Shown here: positions 50,324-64,000 of the stretch, in pieces
Position numbering within the stretch: the stretch's first letter is position 1
How the letters are laid out: every line of letters starts with the position of its first letter
Assembly: GCA_026770705.1 (NCBI GenBank)
Contig: JANJGN010000009.1
Coordinates: 163,680,001 to 163,744,000, forward strand
Reading direction: 5' to 3'
DNA: 64,000 nucleotides
From: Isurus oxyrinchus
Taxonomy: Eukaryota
Translations under genes and position numbers: made by a program
The notes under the pieces: model-generated
What the model saw: only the letters and a program-made list of their open reading frames with translations
Database searches by the model: none
What the model was told of the DNA's origin: nothing

Positions 50324-53300
50324 GTGAGTGACAGCCAGAGCTGGATGTTCCGATATTCTGAGTTGGTTTAACTCTCGTGCGCTGGTTATACAGGAGATGT
50401 TTAAATATTTGGAGACATGCAAAGGCACAAGAGAGGTCTTGGGCACAGTGGGTAGTGTCTCTGTATCTGAGCCAAAAGCTCTGTGTTTGAGTCCCACTTC
50501 TGTTCTTGTTGAGAATGGAAGGCGCGTTCTAACCAGGACCAACAGATTGATTATCAACCTGAAAATCTTCCAACAGACCGAAGGCTGGTGGTAAGAGGGT
50601 TTAAGATCCCAGTCCAACATGTTTGATGTGGAGTGGTGCCGCTCATTCTGTTGTCTCCGGAGGTTAGTGACCTGTTCCAGGGAAAACAAGCTTTGGAAAG
50701 CAAAAGTAAACATGTGCTTTGTCTGCCGCATCCGTCTCTAGATGTGGGAAGTCTCCTAAGTCTAAAGGCACAAAATAGTCAGCAAAACCAAATGAGTAAT
50801 AATTGTGAAGTATTTTATTACCCTGTGAATTAACTATCACACCATGGGAATAGTTAACAAATAAACTGAACTGCATTATTAATTATGAATGATAAGTAAA
50901 GGAGAATTAAATTTTCAGAATGCTATGCAAGCAACATTTTGAAAATGAAAACCTTTTTTAATTGGTAATTTTCAATATAATCTGATGTCCAGTATAGACT
51001 GAAGACTGCAGCGGTAATAATCCCACAAATAAAACATGTCCCAAGTTGGCGAATATTTCTGTTTTTTAAAGTACAGTTGATGAAATATTGTGTTATGAGG
51101 CTCTCTCAGTGACACTGTTCCTCACTGGTAGATGGTTGGTCTACATCACTCTTCTCATAAGTAGCCTTTTCTTGTTCATTCTTTAACTTTAAGAAACTAG
51201 ATTTTGCTCATCACTCAGTATTGCCACCTCTCCATCATTTCGATGAATCTATTTTATAACACACAATGTTAAACTCCCAGCCCCATCTGCTCTTAACCAC
51301 CTCCCCAAAATAGTTTGTGCCTCTAGCTGATCAATTTAATGCAGAATACTCGATGTACTTATGGACAGGAAACTGAATCATGTTTCTGTCTGTTTGGCAA
51401 TCTTCTTCTTTTCAATCCTTCCTCTTTCTGATCTGATCTCTTTCCCATTCCCTTTTCATCTGTAACTTTTCCTGTATCTTTTTCCTTTTCTTCACTTCTC
51501 TCTAGCCATTTAATTATTTTCAATCTCTCTTTTGTTATTTTAGTGCAAACTCTTTCCCCACAGCATGAGTTTCTCTCCCAGCAAGGCCATTGGTCTCATG
51601 AAAGTTCAAGTCAAGGCATCCAAATCCCTACCTCAGGAATCCATCCATACTGTAAGGCCACCTATCACACAACCTCGCAAACCTTCAAGACCTTCAAATC
51701 CTACCTTTGGACATCCCTAACTCATTCAAGATCTGAACAACCCCTCCTGCAAGGACACAAACCTACCCCGCACCCCACCCATCTCAGATCAGAGCAGGGA
51801 ACTGTCGGATCCTGTGACCCCCTCCACACTGCTCCCCAGCCGACTGCAAATCAGGCCTGTCAATCAGGCTGGTTTCTGGCTGTGGAACCTCCTGATGATG
51901 TCAAACGCAGTCTAGGGTGAAACCCCAAAATATGAGGCAGAACCCCAATTTCCAGGTTCCCTCACTCTACCAGCCCCTGCCAATATGTCAAGAAAATGTC
52001 CCAATTATCTCACGAGTATATCATTGTCTGAGACGTGCTTTGGAACCACAGTGAGGCTCTGATAAGTGTCTATATGAATGATTACTCTCATCACAAACTT
52101 GATGGAATTTAACTCATTAAAATGCATCTGTTTGAATTAAGCAGTTATTTCCTGTTCAATTCCTGAAATGTTGTCTCCTCAGTTTCAGGTGCATTGTGGG
52201 CAAAAGAGAGAGTAACAGGAGTTGTGGGAAGAGCGATCACAATAGAATGTCACTATGATGCATGGAGGTACAAGTCACATATAAAATATTGGTGTCGCGG
52301 CTGGACTCGCCAGTGTAATGTTGTAGCATCAACAAATAGGCCAAATGGAAGAATATCGGTCACAGATAACAAGTCACAAGGAATATTTATTGTTACTATG
52401 AAGGATCTTCACTCAGGAGATACAGGATGGTACAGCTGTGGTATTGAAGCAACTGGCCACGATCCAATGTTTAATGTAAAGCTACAAATATCTTACGGTA
52501 CATTTCTTACTGTTTTTCTTTATTACTCTCGACTGAAATGTCTGCTCAATGTTTTATCTGGGAGGAAACATGACAGCTCCGATATCCCGAGGCTCCACAG
52601 CAATGCAGAGTCTTAAAGGTAAAGGGCAGAGGTCGGGAAATCCGACTCATGTTACCCAAACCCAATTCATGGCCTGTCAAACATGTCAGAATTGAACGTT
52701 ACAAGTGAACTAAACGGAAATTGAGAAGTTGTTTTGATGGTAAAAGAAGCCTCTTTATTAATTGTTGAGACATTGGGCTGGATATTCAGCCTCAAAGCGG
52801 GTAGGGGCAATTCAGAAAATTCCCCGCTCGGCCTTGGAAGAAAGTGCCCACAAAGGTGGGATTCCCATTGCTGGGAGCTGTGCCCGGGCTGCAGTCTGGC
52901 CAGCCACACCAGGAAGAAATGCAGAGGCAGCCACAGGGGCTGCCGGCTGCGGAGACGGGCTGTTTAAAAGGCCCCTCCTTAATGCCCTTGGACTTTGTAA
53001 CAGCTAAACTCAAAACACAAAGGCCCTTCACCCCTCACCCCTCACAGCCCCCAAAGGGGGTGGATGTGAGGGGAAAATTTGTCATGAGGGGGCTTGGAGG
53101 TGGGTGGAAGTGTACAGCTTGAAGTCAGGAGCATGAGGGGCTATAAGGCGTGGGTATAGGGATAGAGGGGGAACGAAGGGCCAAGCGGGTTGGATGGGGG
53201 TGTGACTTGACATAGCGGGCATGAGATGCACCTTTTGAACTTAGTTGTTAAAAGATCCCCTCATGCAGACCAGTGTTTACAGCTCCTCTGAGGGGCTTTG

Positions 53301-56300
53301 GACTACGACTCAATCAAAACCTGGCCCGAGTCCATGAAAATTGCAGAGGAGTCGGACGTCACTTTGGTCTGAAGGCTGCACAAAGCACAGGGTAGAGGCC
53401 CTGGACTAAGACACCTGCCTTTATCTTGTACAGAAAGTGTTCACATGTGAGTGACATGAACATTGCTCATCAAAACAAGGAGCGATAGGCAGGGAGACAT
53501 TCTTTGGAGTTTATTGACAATAATGAACAGTATGTACAAGTGATTAACACCCGTGCCCAGGACGTGAAACTACTTCTCCTCAACCACGCGGTGTCTGGCA
53601 GCACTGTTGAGACCTTCTGTGCTCGGTGGGTGACCACGGGGGTTGGGGTCCTTTATCCAGCCTCTTAATCACATTTTGGTTTGATGTTGTAAGTGTCCTT
53701 TAAATCATGTCTTTGGTTTTGCAGTGACCCTAACTTAGGGGCTGCGTTTTATATTATCCCTCATTTTGTTAATTTAGTTTATTGGGTTGGCTTTAAAAGA
53801 GCTACATCTTCTCAACTTTCCTAATCCTCCCGCTACATCTTGGTGCTCCGCAGACATCCACAGTGGAGGTAAAGACAGTCTGCTGACTGCTATGCTCTGT
53901 CTGTGATAACTTTGGCGGGCATCCTCTGGAGGCCTGAGGCCTGGAGGGCCCCGGCTTCCTTTCGAGGTCCTACTGTGTGGCATTAGCACCCTCCTTGTCC
54001 TGTGGACTGGGAGCTGTCAAGGTCACAGTAAGAGGGGAGTTACCAGGATGAATGGCCCCGGAGGGTACACATGTTGATCCTTCTCGCTATGGGTACCCAA
54101 TGGCCATTGGCTGAATCCTTGAGGAGCAGGTGTAGCTGGAGTGAGATCGAGCTGCCTGCACCCCTCTCGCATACACACTGTCAGGGGCCAACTATACATC
54201 AGCAATGGAGTTCAGCCCCGCAGCAGTGTAGGAACAATGCCCTGGACCAACGTCTCCATGGCAGCTGCCATCCTACCAGTGTTGACCTCGGTGCAGTGAC
54301 ATGCCGGCGCTATCACCTCAGAGTGCAGGCGGATGGACTCCTCCATTGTGCCTTGCAATCTGAGGGGTGCAGCAGATATCCCTTCCTGATGTTCCCGCGT
54401 TGGCCTTTCCAGCTCCAGCAACTGTGACATGACCAAATCCAGAAACGCGTCACCTGACTCGAACTCAGCAAATTTATGGCCTCCAGCTGCCCACTGAGTG
54501 CCGGACACCTGGGAAGCCCCTGCCGCTGCCAGTTGTGGATCAGGCAGTGCAATTTGCTCACCAGCTGTGACCCTGAGTCTACTCTAAAGCTAGATCTCAC
54601 CGAGGGGTGTGCCTCTGCACTGGTGGAGGGTGTGGGTGAGGGCAGTGATGGTACAGCAAGGAGGGTCCCTCCAGGTTCCTCTTCAGAGATTTCTTTGGGG
54701 ATTACTTGGTGTCCCTGGTTCTCCATCGGCTGTTTCCCAGATGTGCGTGTGGAAGCAAGTGGAAATATTTTGTGCATGGCAGTGGCCTGTGAAACAGGAC
54801 ACATCACTCACAGCATGGTTGTCTGATGGATGTTGCACTGCTGGACCCTCACTTGGCTGAGCAACGCAGACCTCACCGTCAGAACAGGATTGGTCCAGGC
54901 CGTTGCCGGCCAGCTGGATGGCTCTGTTTACAAAGTACTAGTACTGTTCAGGAACATGATGTTCATATTTTCATACATGTCGCTGAATTTGTCAGTCACA
55001 TTTACGCCTCTATTATCAACCAAAGAGCGGGATTGTCCCCGATTTGCACTAAGTGCGTTAGTGGGCGGGGGAATTGATGTTTTACCCACCGGCCACAATG
55101 GGGGGTTTTCAGGCCGCATCGTCCCAAACCCAACGCATTAGTTATGCATTCCCGGGAAACATACCATTTCCATGGTGAGTGGGATCTCATTCACCCCAAA
55201 CACCATCATTTCACTGCTTCATCAGGCCCAGCACCATATGTAAAGTCCAGCCTCGTGCACACATGTCAGTGTTTCCAACCCAGGACCACTGCAGGGAAGA
55301 TATCCCCAAGAGGCAAAAAGACTGTAGCTCCCAGGTTTAGTGAGCTGTCACTGCAACACAATGTGTACACTGTGGGGGCCCTGCTGTGATGTCCTCTACT
55401 CCCACTCTGGCTGCAGTATGGACAGCGCTGTGACCAACCAGGCCTGGGAGGCGGGGGCAGCGGTGGTATACCCACTGAATGTTATTAAGTTAACCCTCAC
55501 TGTCAGATAATGTAAACAGTATGAAAAGTGTGGATGAGAAACCCTTAGAAACTTCCTTGCTGGATGGAAACAAATACTGGAGAGATTGGAAATTTCTAAA
55601 TGAAATGAGTGGATGCCTGATTGTTTTAGAGAATGAAATGCAGGTACAACAAATTTTTTAGGGATCTGAGGAGAGGGCTATCTTGCAATATGATGAAGTA
55701 TAGAATATTGAGATTTTTAATTCAATTTGTTTCACACTTTTTGGTCACCATATTAACTGAAAATTTTATTTAAATGAGAGAAGGTCATCACCTAATCGTT
55801 TACTAATTGTGTTTTATTGTATGCAGTGGTGGCATTAATTGGTGATTCACTTGTGCACCTATAATCAGATGCAGACTGAAACTGCGGGTGGTGGATTTGA
55901 TTAGATTCACACAGTAAACAGCACTTTAAAACAGTTCCACAAGTCTTAACCTATCTAACCTCAGAGCTAATCTTTCTATTTTCCGTTCAGCAACGAACAC
56001 TGTAGATTTAAAAAGCTATAGAAGTCCAATAATTTTACCACACAGTGCTTTCACATTGGGGTGTCCACTGACAGCAACTGGGTCTTCAGATCTGGGCCTT
56101 GTTCACACTGTCTCCTGGGAATTCTGACCAGCTACTCTGCTGTCTTCAGGGAGATCTGGCCAACCATCCTGCTGTGTTCTGGGAGATCTAAGCAGCTACC
56201 CCCTCACATAGGCTTCAGTATTCCCTTAAATGTGTTTCTTCTCTTTCATCTCTCTTTGTCGTACCCAGTCTGTTCAGAAATGCTTTTTTCCCAGGATTGA

Positions 56301-59300
56301 TTAAATCAATCTTTACTTTAATTCTTAGACTTGTAAAAACAAACTTACCCTATCTTTATGTCACTTCATGACACCTTTTTACAACCTGCATATATCCCCC
56401 TTTGAACTAAAACAACTCAATTCAAACTATTCCTGTTATTGCTTCATGTACAAATCTGTTGAAGTTCTTTTTTGTTTATTAACATATCAAAACCACATCT
56501 TATTGTTGACTTTTGACCCTATCCACTGATGAGGCAGTCCACGTCATGGAACCATAACCTTAAATCTGGAGATAGGCTCGTCAGGGATGTCAGGAAGCAC
56601 TTCTTCACGCAAAGTATAGTGGAAATCAGGAACACTCTCCTCAAAAAAGCTCTTTAGTTCAATTGAAAATTTCAAAACTGAATGACAGATTTTATCTGGT
56701 AGCAATATTCGGGTTATGGGACCCAGGTAGGTAAATGGACAGAAGATACTGGTCAGTTGGGATTTAATTGAATTGTGGAACAGGCTGAAGGGGCTGCATG
56801 TCCGAATCCCTTTTCCATGTTCTGGAGCCCCAGTTAATTTTTCAGTGGTCTGGGCCTTGTGAGTAACAATGTGCTGTGAAACAAGCTCACAAACAGTTAG
56901 CATTTCAAAGAGACACTTTCCAATCACCAGGCAAACTGTGACCTGTGTTGTTTCAGAGGACAGTTTGTGACAGTGAAAGCAGTGAAAGCCTGCCAAACCT
57001 CATTAAAAATGTTGGTGAAAGTGTCACTTTTCTCTGGCTAATCCCTTGACCAAAGAGGGAATTTTAATTCCCCTCCCCCATCCTGCATCGTGTTGAAGCA
57101 TGATGGGATTTGCTGGATCCAGAACCTTCTCCAGCACGGCTTGTGATCCAGGAGACACACGAAAGCTTCACCCCCACCCCCAGGCAAATGTTTTATACAA
57201 TTTCTCCCTCCCCATGATTGGCCAATCCTGCCCCAAGCAGCAAAGTCACCCTGACTCCCTCCTCGCTGCTGTGCTCCGAGGCAACATTCCCACCAATTTC
57301 CAAACTTTTACCATAACGTTCCTACTTGGAAACCAGCCAAACATTCAATCAGTGTGCAAGAATTCTGGTGAGATTTTGCTGTTAAATTCGGCACAAACTC
57401 AACATTCCTGGTATTTCCAGCTTTCTCACCACCCCACACACAGTCCCCCCTCTCGTCTCCACGTACCAGGGTTGAAGTGTTCTATCGCAGCATGCAGAGA
57501 ACCAGAGCCAATCACATTTACATTCTTATCCAAAGCTACAAAACATGTAACCGATATCTGACAACATTTTGCCCTCATTTTACCCTTTGCTTTTCTAAGA
57601 TTCTCTCCAACTAATTCACATTTAACTCACAAACAATGAAACAGCATTGGAGGCTCACTACCAGCTACGAAGAGATATTGTTCACCATGATATTCATGTT
57701 AACATACTCTCAGTATCAGAGCTGCTGTTCTGATCTGGAGACCTGATTTGTTCTGATATAATGGCTGAAAGGGTAACTCAGGCCTCTAAGAGGATGGAGA
57801 GATATGGGGATGGATTTTTAAAAAGTATGGGGTCAGGATTAGAGATGGGTGGGTATGAAATTTGACACCGCTGGTCTCCATGCCAACTTACCATTACAAT
57901 CTCAAGCCCGAAACATTTAGAAAGCGGGTGGCTTGCAGTCAAGTGGTGGGCAGCTAACTTAGGAAATAACATTTACCAAAGGGGCCAATTAAAGACCCAT
58001 TCCTGCACCCACTGGGATTTCATTCAGCAATGCAAGCAGACCACATTGCCCCTTCAGGATCATGGCCCGGCAGCTGCCGGGTTTTGAAACATAAAATAAA
58101 CTTACCTGGACTTTCCCCTTGCTGTCTCCATGCTCAGGTCAGCAACTCCCACCTCACCTGGTGAGGCCCTCTAGCATCAGGAGCCCGCCCTCTGTCCCTG
58201 ATTGGATGGTGAGCCCAGTTCCAGTCTTTTGATTGGCTAGAACATTGAAAATTGCAGTGGGCATGCCTAAAGAATGGTGAATGGTGTCAGGACCTGAAAC
58301 TATCTCCCATGTCCAGTTCCCAAACCCAAATTTAACATCCACCCCATAGAGTGGTAGATGTGTTGGTGAGATTCCAACATGGCAGAGCCTGGCTGAGATG
58401 AAGTGCAAAGTTTGAAGAGTATTTGATTATTAAATGTTCAGTATCTGAATGTTTCTTTCTTTCCAACAGAACCCGTGTCTGTTCCTGTGCTTAGATTTTC
58501 ATCACCGCTAAATGTCTCATGTTCTGGGAGTTCAGTGTCCGTCTCCTGTGAGTCTGTCCAGGGATCCCTTCCCATTCCGTACACATGGTATGAAAAGACC
58601 CTGTCTGAAGATTCAAAGATCTCTGACACCAATAAACTGGATCTACATTGTCAATCCTTCAAACAGCAACATCATCAATATTACTGCACAGCCTCAAATA
58701 ATCAGGGAGTAAAATCCAGTGATACTGTCACTGTTAACTTAACACTCATGAATGTAACAACGAAAAGCTGCAGTTATGTGATACAAATTGGAAACATTGG
58801 TAAGTGTTACTTTCTACAAACAATGTGGCGAATGAATGTTTTAAATTCATGTCTATCCAAACTGGTCACTGGTTCAGTTCCTTCAGTTTATCTGAGAAAT
58901 TGCAACTGGCCAAATTCACTCTCTCTGGTTCCTCAAACATTCTGAACAAGGTCACTAAGTTGCATTTTTCATGAAAAATGGACAGGATCAGAAAATATCC
59001 CCAAAACATGCAAAAATATTGCCGAATCTCCAATAAACCCATCGAATCAAAATAGCATTTGATTGACAGAGCTTTCATAAAGCAATTTGTCTATTTCCAG
59101 CAGATGGAATTGTGAAATGCAACCTCCAACTGTTGTGTCCTAGTTTGGGAAGGATATCACTGATAGAATAGAGAAGAATTGAATTAAAATGAACCCTTGG
59201 ACGAGAGGTTTTAGTCATGAGGAAAGTATCATCACAACTGAGGTGAATGACCAGCTGGAGGACGTGGAAATTGTTCGAAATTTGGATAAGGTAACTCTAA

Positions 59301-62300
59301 CTATTTCCACTAGTCAGTGAGTCAGCAACAAGAGAGCATTAACTTTAAAATTATCACTAAAAGGACAAAGGGAGAAATTTGGAGAATTTTATTGATGCAA
59401 ACTGTTTTTAGGACATGAAATACCCAACTGAAATAAGTTTACAAACAAATTTAATAATAGATTTTAAAAGGGAAACAAATGTATGAGGGTGTGGGAAAAG
59501 GACAATGAAATGGAATTAAATGAGGAGATCATTCAGAGAACCAGCATTCGAGTGATGGGCTGAATTCCCTCCCCTGTGTTGTAAAAATTCCATCACTCCA
59601 GACAAAATCTCAACTTATCCTGTCTAAAAAATTAACTATTCCCTCCCCATAAAACAGTGACCCTGGTTCTGAAACAAGGAGGACTTTAGCCTATTTGAAT
59701 GTAACGGTTCAATTTTCTGCAGAGTGGGTGCAGCATGTTCACCGAGAAACACCAACATGGGCACAAAACAAAGAGAATCACATTTTCACCTGAGCAGCAG
59801 GAGACAGGAATTTACATATGCAAATATATTGACTCTGGTCATGTGGTCTCTTGCCTCAGTTGTCAGGGAAGAAGGGTGGAATTTTACACCCCCATTGCGG
59901 CAGGGACTGGGCTGTAAAATGCAGCCAGCCATTCTAAACTCCATGCACTCCAGCAGGACCATAAAATCCCACTGTCACAAGGCTCAGACCAAAGGCTGTC
60001 AGCAGCAGGTAGAAATTACACCTGTAAACTGTGTTTGTACTGGAGTTGTCAGCAGGGACTCAGTTGCACTCTGACCTTTGATGCCAGTCTTTTGTAGTTA
60101 CAAGTTCCCCTTAAGAGTTAAAATTCAAGCTGATACCATGATCCAGCACTGAGGTAGTGCTATACTGGTGGTGGTGCTGCTGTGTAGATGAGGTATTAAA
60201 CTGAGGATCCACATCCCCCTTAGGTAGATGTAAACAATTCCAGGGTATTATTCACAGAATAGGGAAGTTCTCCTGGCGTCCTTGAAGCCTTTATTCCTCA
60301 ACCAATACACACAAATAGGGAGCAGGAGCAGGCCATTTGGTCTTTTGAGCCTGTTAATGTCACTACAAAACAGATCATCTAGTGAATGTTTTACTGATGT
60401 TTGTGGGGCTTTGCTGTGTACGAATTAACTTCCACGTTTCTTGATATTAAAACTGTGGCTTTACTTCAAAAAAGTACTTCATAGGCTCTGAAGCACTTTG
60501 GAATATCCCAAGGTTGTGAAAGGTGATGAATCAACACAACTTGTTTCTTACTTTTTGAAACAAACCATTTATTAAAATACATCTGAACCAATTATCTGAG
60601 TGCAAACTGCAGGGGGGGGAGGGGGAGGGAGGAGCCAGTCCCAGCAGCAAGGTGGTCATTATAATTAAATGGTCAGAAAATCACTGGCAGGTTTGAGACA
60701 TTCATGGTCAGTGGGTGAAGGTTGTCATCTTTACTGCAAGCTCAGAAAACTGCCCCCAAAGTGCAGAAAGTGACCATTGCCAGTATTAGGATGTGACTGT
60801 TTAATGTGTTCACATGAAATTCATGTCAAGAAAGTGTATCTCTGGATTGCAGTCCACCAACTTGAGCCCTTATCAGGCCCACTAGTAACTCTGTCCCACC
60901 AACTCTCAGATATAGGACAGAAAGTGAAATTACCAGTAAAGATAGATCACCATCAGGTATCAGCAACCTCTCCACTTGTGACCAGAGAGGGGTAAATTAC
61001 ACAGAAATCAATTCTACCAGCCAGGCTTTTCCTCAATTAATGAGGTTCCATTTGACAATGATGCTCTCTCAGTTGAATACAAGTGAAAATGAGGTGAATC
61101 TCAATGTTATTCCCTTGTGTCAACAGGACGTGAGTATTGTTGTGAAGCTTGTACAAGAGTATCACCAACTACATATTTGACAAGTACAGATATAATTTCC
61201 ACTACCAATCGAGCCACAACTTCAGATCCCGAAAATGCTGAAAGGTACAATGTTCTCATGGATTGGCATTGCTTCCATATGTGAGAGATACAATTGGCCA
61301 AAGGAGTGAAAGTTGTTCATTAATTGTAAAGTAGCTCATCAGAATGGAAATGGTGGCTGGGTTTATATCATGCTGTTGTGTTAGCTTCTTAATGAGGCTG
61401 CATTTTTCTGTTGGAAAATACAAGCAAGGAGTGAGCTTTTCCATTGTGTTGCCGCTCAGATGGTGTTTTTTGCCTTATTCACCTTGATTACTTCACCGCT
61501 AAGGTAATCTCACAGTGTGTGAGGAGTTGTACTTGTCAAACTTACCTTGCTGCTGTCTACACTGACAGAGTACTTGTATTTGGGCTGATGAAAAGGAAGA
61601 ATTAGCGTGATATATCTGCACATCCCTTGGTTTCACTAATGAGAGACATCTTGCAACTCTGGTCCCATTTCCATATTATTAGCCTAAGCTGTTGACAATA
61701 AGTAGCAGAAATTGTAGTCCGATGTAAACACTCAGGAATCAGGTCTTTGAAGTTACAATGGTGATAAAGAGAAAATGCCAACTAAATGTCAAACAGAAAG
61801 AGGGACAGTTGGAAATGGACAGCAGGTATGTCCGCAGCTGTGGAGAAAATAAACACGTTCATGGTTTGGGTGCAGACACTTCTTCAGAATTCTAGTCCAC
61901 ACACGAAGCGAAGCAGGTCCACTCACCCCACAGATCCCAACTGAGCTGCTGAATGTTTCCAGAATCTTCTGTTTTCCATTCATATTTCTAGCACATGCAG
62001 TGCTCTTACTTTTATCCAGATTATTGTCAATGATTTAAAAAGGATTGAAAGTCTATGGTCTGAATTTTCCGCTCGGCGGGGGTGGGGGTGGGTAGAGCGG
62101 GAGCGAGCACGGGCAGCTGTGGACCCCATCGCCATCCACCATCGGGTTTTTGACGCCATTTTGCGCGGGCGGCCAATTTAGGCCATCCCAGCGTATTTCC
62201 CGGCTCCCGAGGATAGCGGCAGTGGGCGAGAAGCGGGGAGTGTGCACAGACAACCGGGTCCAATGGTGACCCAGCGGCCTGTTTAAATGAAGGCCTGGCA

Positions 62301-62678
62301 GCCTGTTCCAGCTGCTCACAATGGCCAGTGCAAAGAATTTTCACTTACAATTTAGCTTAATATTACAGTTAGACATTATGGACATGCTAAAGAAATTTGC
62401 TTCGTTTGATTTTTATCTAATGATCATGAAGTTGATAAGTAAAACTTTAGCTGATTCTTTCAGCTAAAGTCCCTTGTCTACTTTATGTTGCTGCAAAAAA
62501 TTACAGTGTAAAGCAGAGAGTCATGTTTCAAAAATGAAACAGTCTCATTTCATTTAAATGGTTTGATATTTCTTCTCTTTTGCTCAGTTACATTATCTGG
62601 GATGTGATACGCTGGGTGCTCTTTACTCTCCTGGTGATTTGTGCTGTTTCAGGCACATGGTGTACGAGAAAATCTAAG
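50284..62678 (+). CDS. Gene B: paralogous CD300/pIgR-like receptor (V-C2-stalk-TM). Exons 50284-50323, 52183-52497, 58470-58799, 61127-61244, 62588-62678; last exon beyond the window
   Basis: All five exons are open, with splice sites and phases conserved relative to gene A. Only one IgC2 exon. Confidence 0.88.
52183..52497 (+). CDS. Gene B exon 2, IgV domain
   Basis: Same motifs as gene A; 10 nt and 8 aa differences. Confidence 0.93.
58470..58799 (+). CDS. Gene B exon 3, IgC2 domain
   Basis: 330-nt open exon, AG/GTAAGT boundaries, YYCTASN. Confidence 0.9.
61127..61244 (+). CDS. Gene B exon 4, stalk (GREYCCEACTRVSPTTYLTSTDIISTTNRATTSDPENAE)
   Basis: 118 nt, same splice sites as 31223-31340. 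Confidence 0.85.
62588..62678 (+). CDS. Gene B exon 5, transmembrane segment (SYIIWDVIRWVLFTLLVICAVSGTWCTRKSK)
   Basis: Copy of 32352-32442 with one Cys-to-Tyr change. Confidence 0.88.
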
Positions 62679-64000
62679 GTGAGAGTTATGGACTGTATAA
62701 GAATCATTATGGGCAGTTTGCAATGTTATGATGTGGCAGATGATGTGTGTCAGGCAGACCAAATCCACGAGTGAAACTTGGTCGAGCTGTCACAACGGTT
62801 TTGCAATTTATATTTATTATGAGATGCATGCACTGAATTCAGACACCATAAGTCTACCAAACTTTTAGAGATTTAAAAAATATATCGTTAAATATATTTA
62901 TTAGCAAAAGATAGATTTCAATTACATACATAAGTCTACTAATTTCTTCGATAATAACTCGTAAAATTCCTAATTAGCCTTACTCCCAGTTACACCTCCT
63001 TTAAGGCAACTGTACAAAGAATAGATATTAGGTTTCAAGCAGATCCAGCAAATTGACACAATGATCTAGACAGTGGAATTCCAAATGGCTTTCACCAGCT
63101 TCAGTTTCGTTAGACAGCAGGCTTATGCACAAATGCTGGAGGCTTCATTAAGGCTACTTCAAACACATCTGTTAGGTCTCATATGGACTTCTCCTGACAC
63201 ATAGCCTCATTCTCCTTTATATATGTTTCCCTCTATTTAACATGTAAACCCTATTGTTTCAGATACCTTTGAAACTGTGTCTTCCTCACAATGTAAAAAC
63301 TTTCATGTCGATACTATATATTGTCAGTAACCTTTGAGATAAAGAAACACATTCCTTCATCTTGCTTAGCTGCCTAATTGTGAAGAGACTAAAATACTTT
63401 TGAAATCCAAATCTCCCTTCATTTATCTAAAAAGGCAAATTCCCTTTACACTTTACTTGCTAAACCAGTATCCATGTTTACTCATTAGCATGTCAAATAC
63501 CTAGCTTCTTTTGTTGAGTTATATCATGCCATCTACCTGATTCCAAATGTAATTAAATCTCACACAGACAGACCCAAACACTTACCCCCATAAACCTACT
63601 CCACAATAAAGCAGAAAATATTATGAAAATTATTATACTTTCATGACAGTAAATTCTCCATCAATTATTTCAAAAACATTGATCACAGATATTGTCAAGA
63701 AAAACTTGCATTGATGTTAAGGTCCACAGATTGAAACAAGGTGTTTTACAGATTCTATGGGCAGAATCATCTGAGATTTGCACAAAGTGCAGTAGTGAGT
63801 GGGAAAAAGGACATCCCGGGTGTGAAAAAACAGCACAGACCAAGACCCTGATTTCCCAGTTTTTACTGGTGTTCCATGTTAAAGTATATGAGCCCCACTC
63901 AGGCCCGTATTCTTATTTCCCATTTTTTACTGTTTTTCCCTTCTGGGATATTATCCGCCGGCTGCAATGGCAGATTTTCACACCTTATTATCCTATTCCT

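Larger units (their letters stand above)
37587..64000. repeat. Tandem segmental duplication, unit B (partial, runs off the window end)
   Basis: Near-identical, same-orientation copy of 1-33764. It lacks the A-specific inserts 6112-6354, 10717-13343 and about 26006-31268, and has extra segments 46721-47079 and 61611-61944. Confidence 0.97.

Noticed and set aside
58300-61244. Gene B as a recombinant of the two internal copies of gene A
   Set aside because: B shares states alternately with copy a and copy b, which private mutations on three similar-aged branches explain equally well.
37587-64000. Unit B as an uncollapsed haplotype of unit A
   Set aside because: Continuous sequence joins A to B with no gap at the transition, and the exon-focused divergence and several structural differences fit paralogy better. 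Read depth is needed to exclude it fully.

Overview
Vertebrate, intron-rich DNA. The repeat repertoire (CR1 LINEs with an esterase ORF1, a Deu/SacSINE-type SINE, Penelope elements, PIF/Harbinger remnants) suggests a cartilaginous fish; this is an inference. The window is a recent head-to-tail duplication: unit A = 1-37586 and partial unit B = 37587-64000, equivalent to A 1-33764. Each unit holds one + strand spliced immunoglobulin-superfamily receptor gene that the ORF track shows only in fragments. Its exons are leader, CD300/pIgR-type IgV, FcR-like IgC2, a Cys/Ser/Thr stalk, a TM segment carrying Asp and Arg, and probably a very short tyrosine-free tail, which is an activating-receptor architecture. 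The paralogues differ almost only by amino-acid-changing substitutions in the IgV loops and stalk, while the introns beside the IgV exon are identical. Gene A also has an intragenic duplication that gives a second IgC2 exon and a truncated, stop-containing stalk exon (possible secreted decoy isoform). Unit B provides empty sites for two young unit-A insertions: a 2.6-kb Penelope element with an unbroken RT + GIY-YIG frame, and a 243-bp fold-back mini-Penelope with 94-bp perfect inverted arms. Both carry a variant minimal hammerhead-ribozyme motif. The rest is nested, decayed transposons, a 27-bp VNTR, a CA-rich minisatellite and two N runs. All coordinates and counts were read by eye; no database search was possible.
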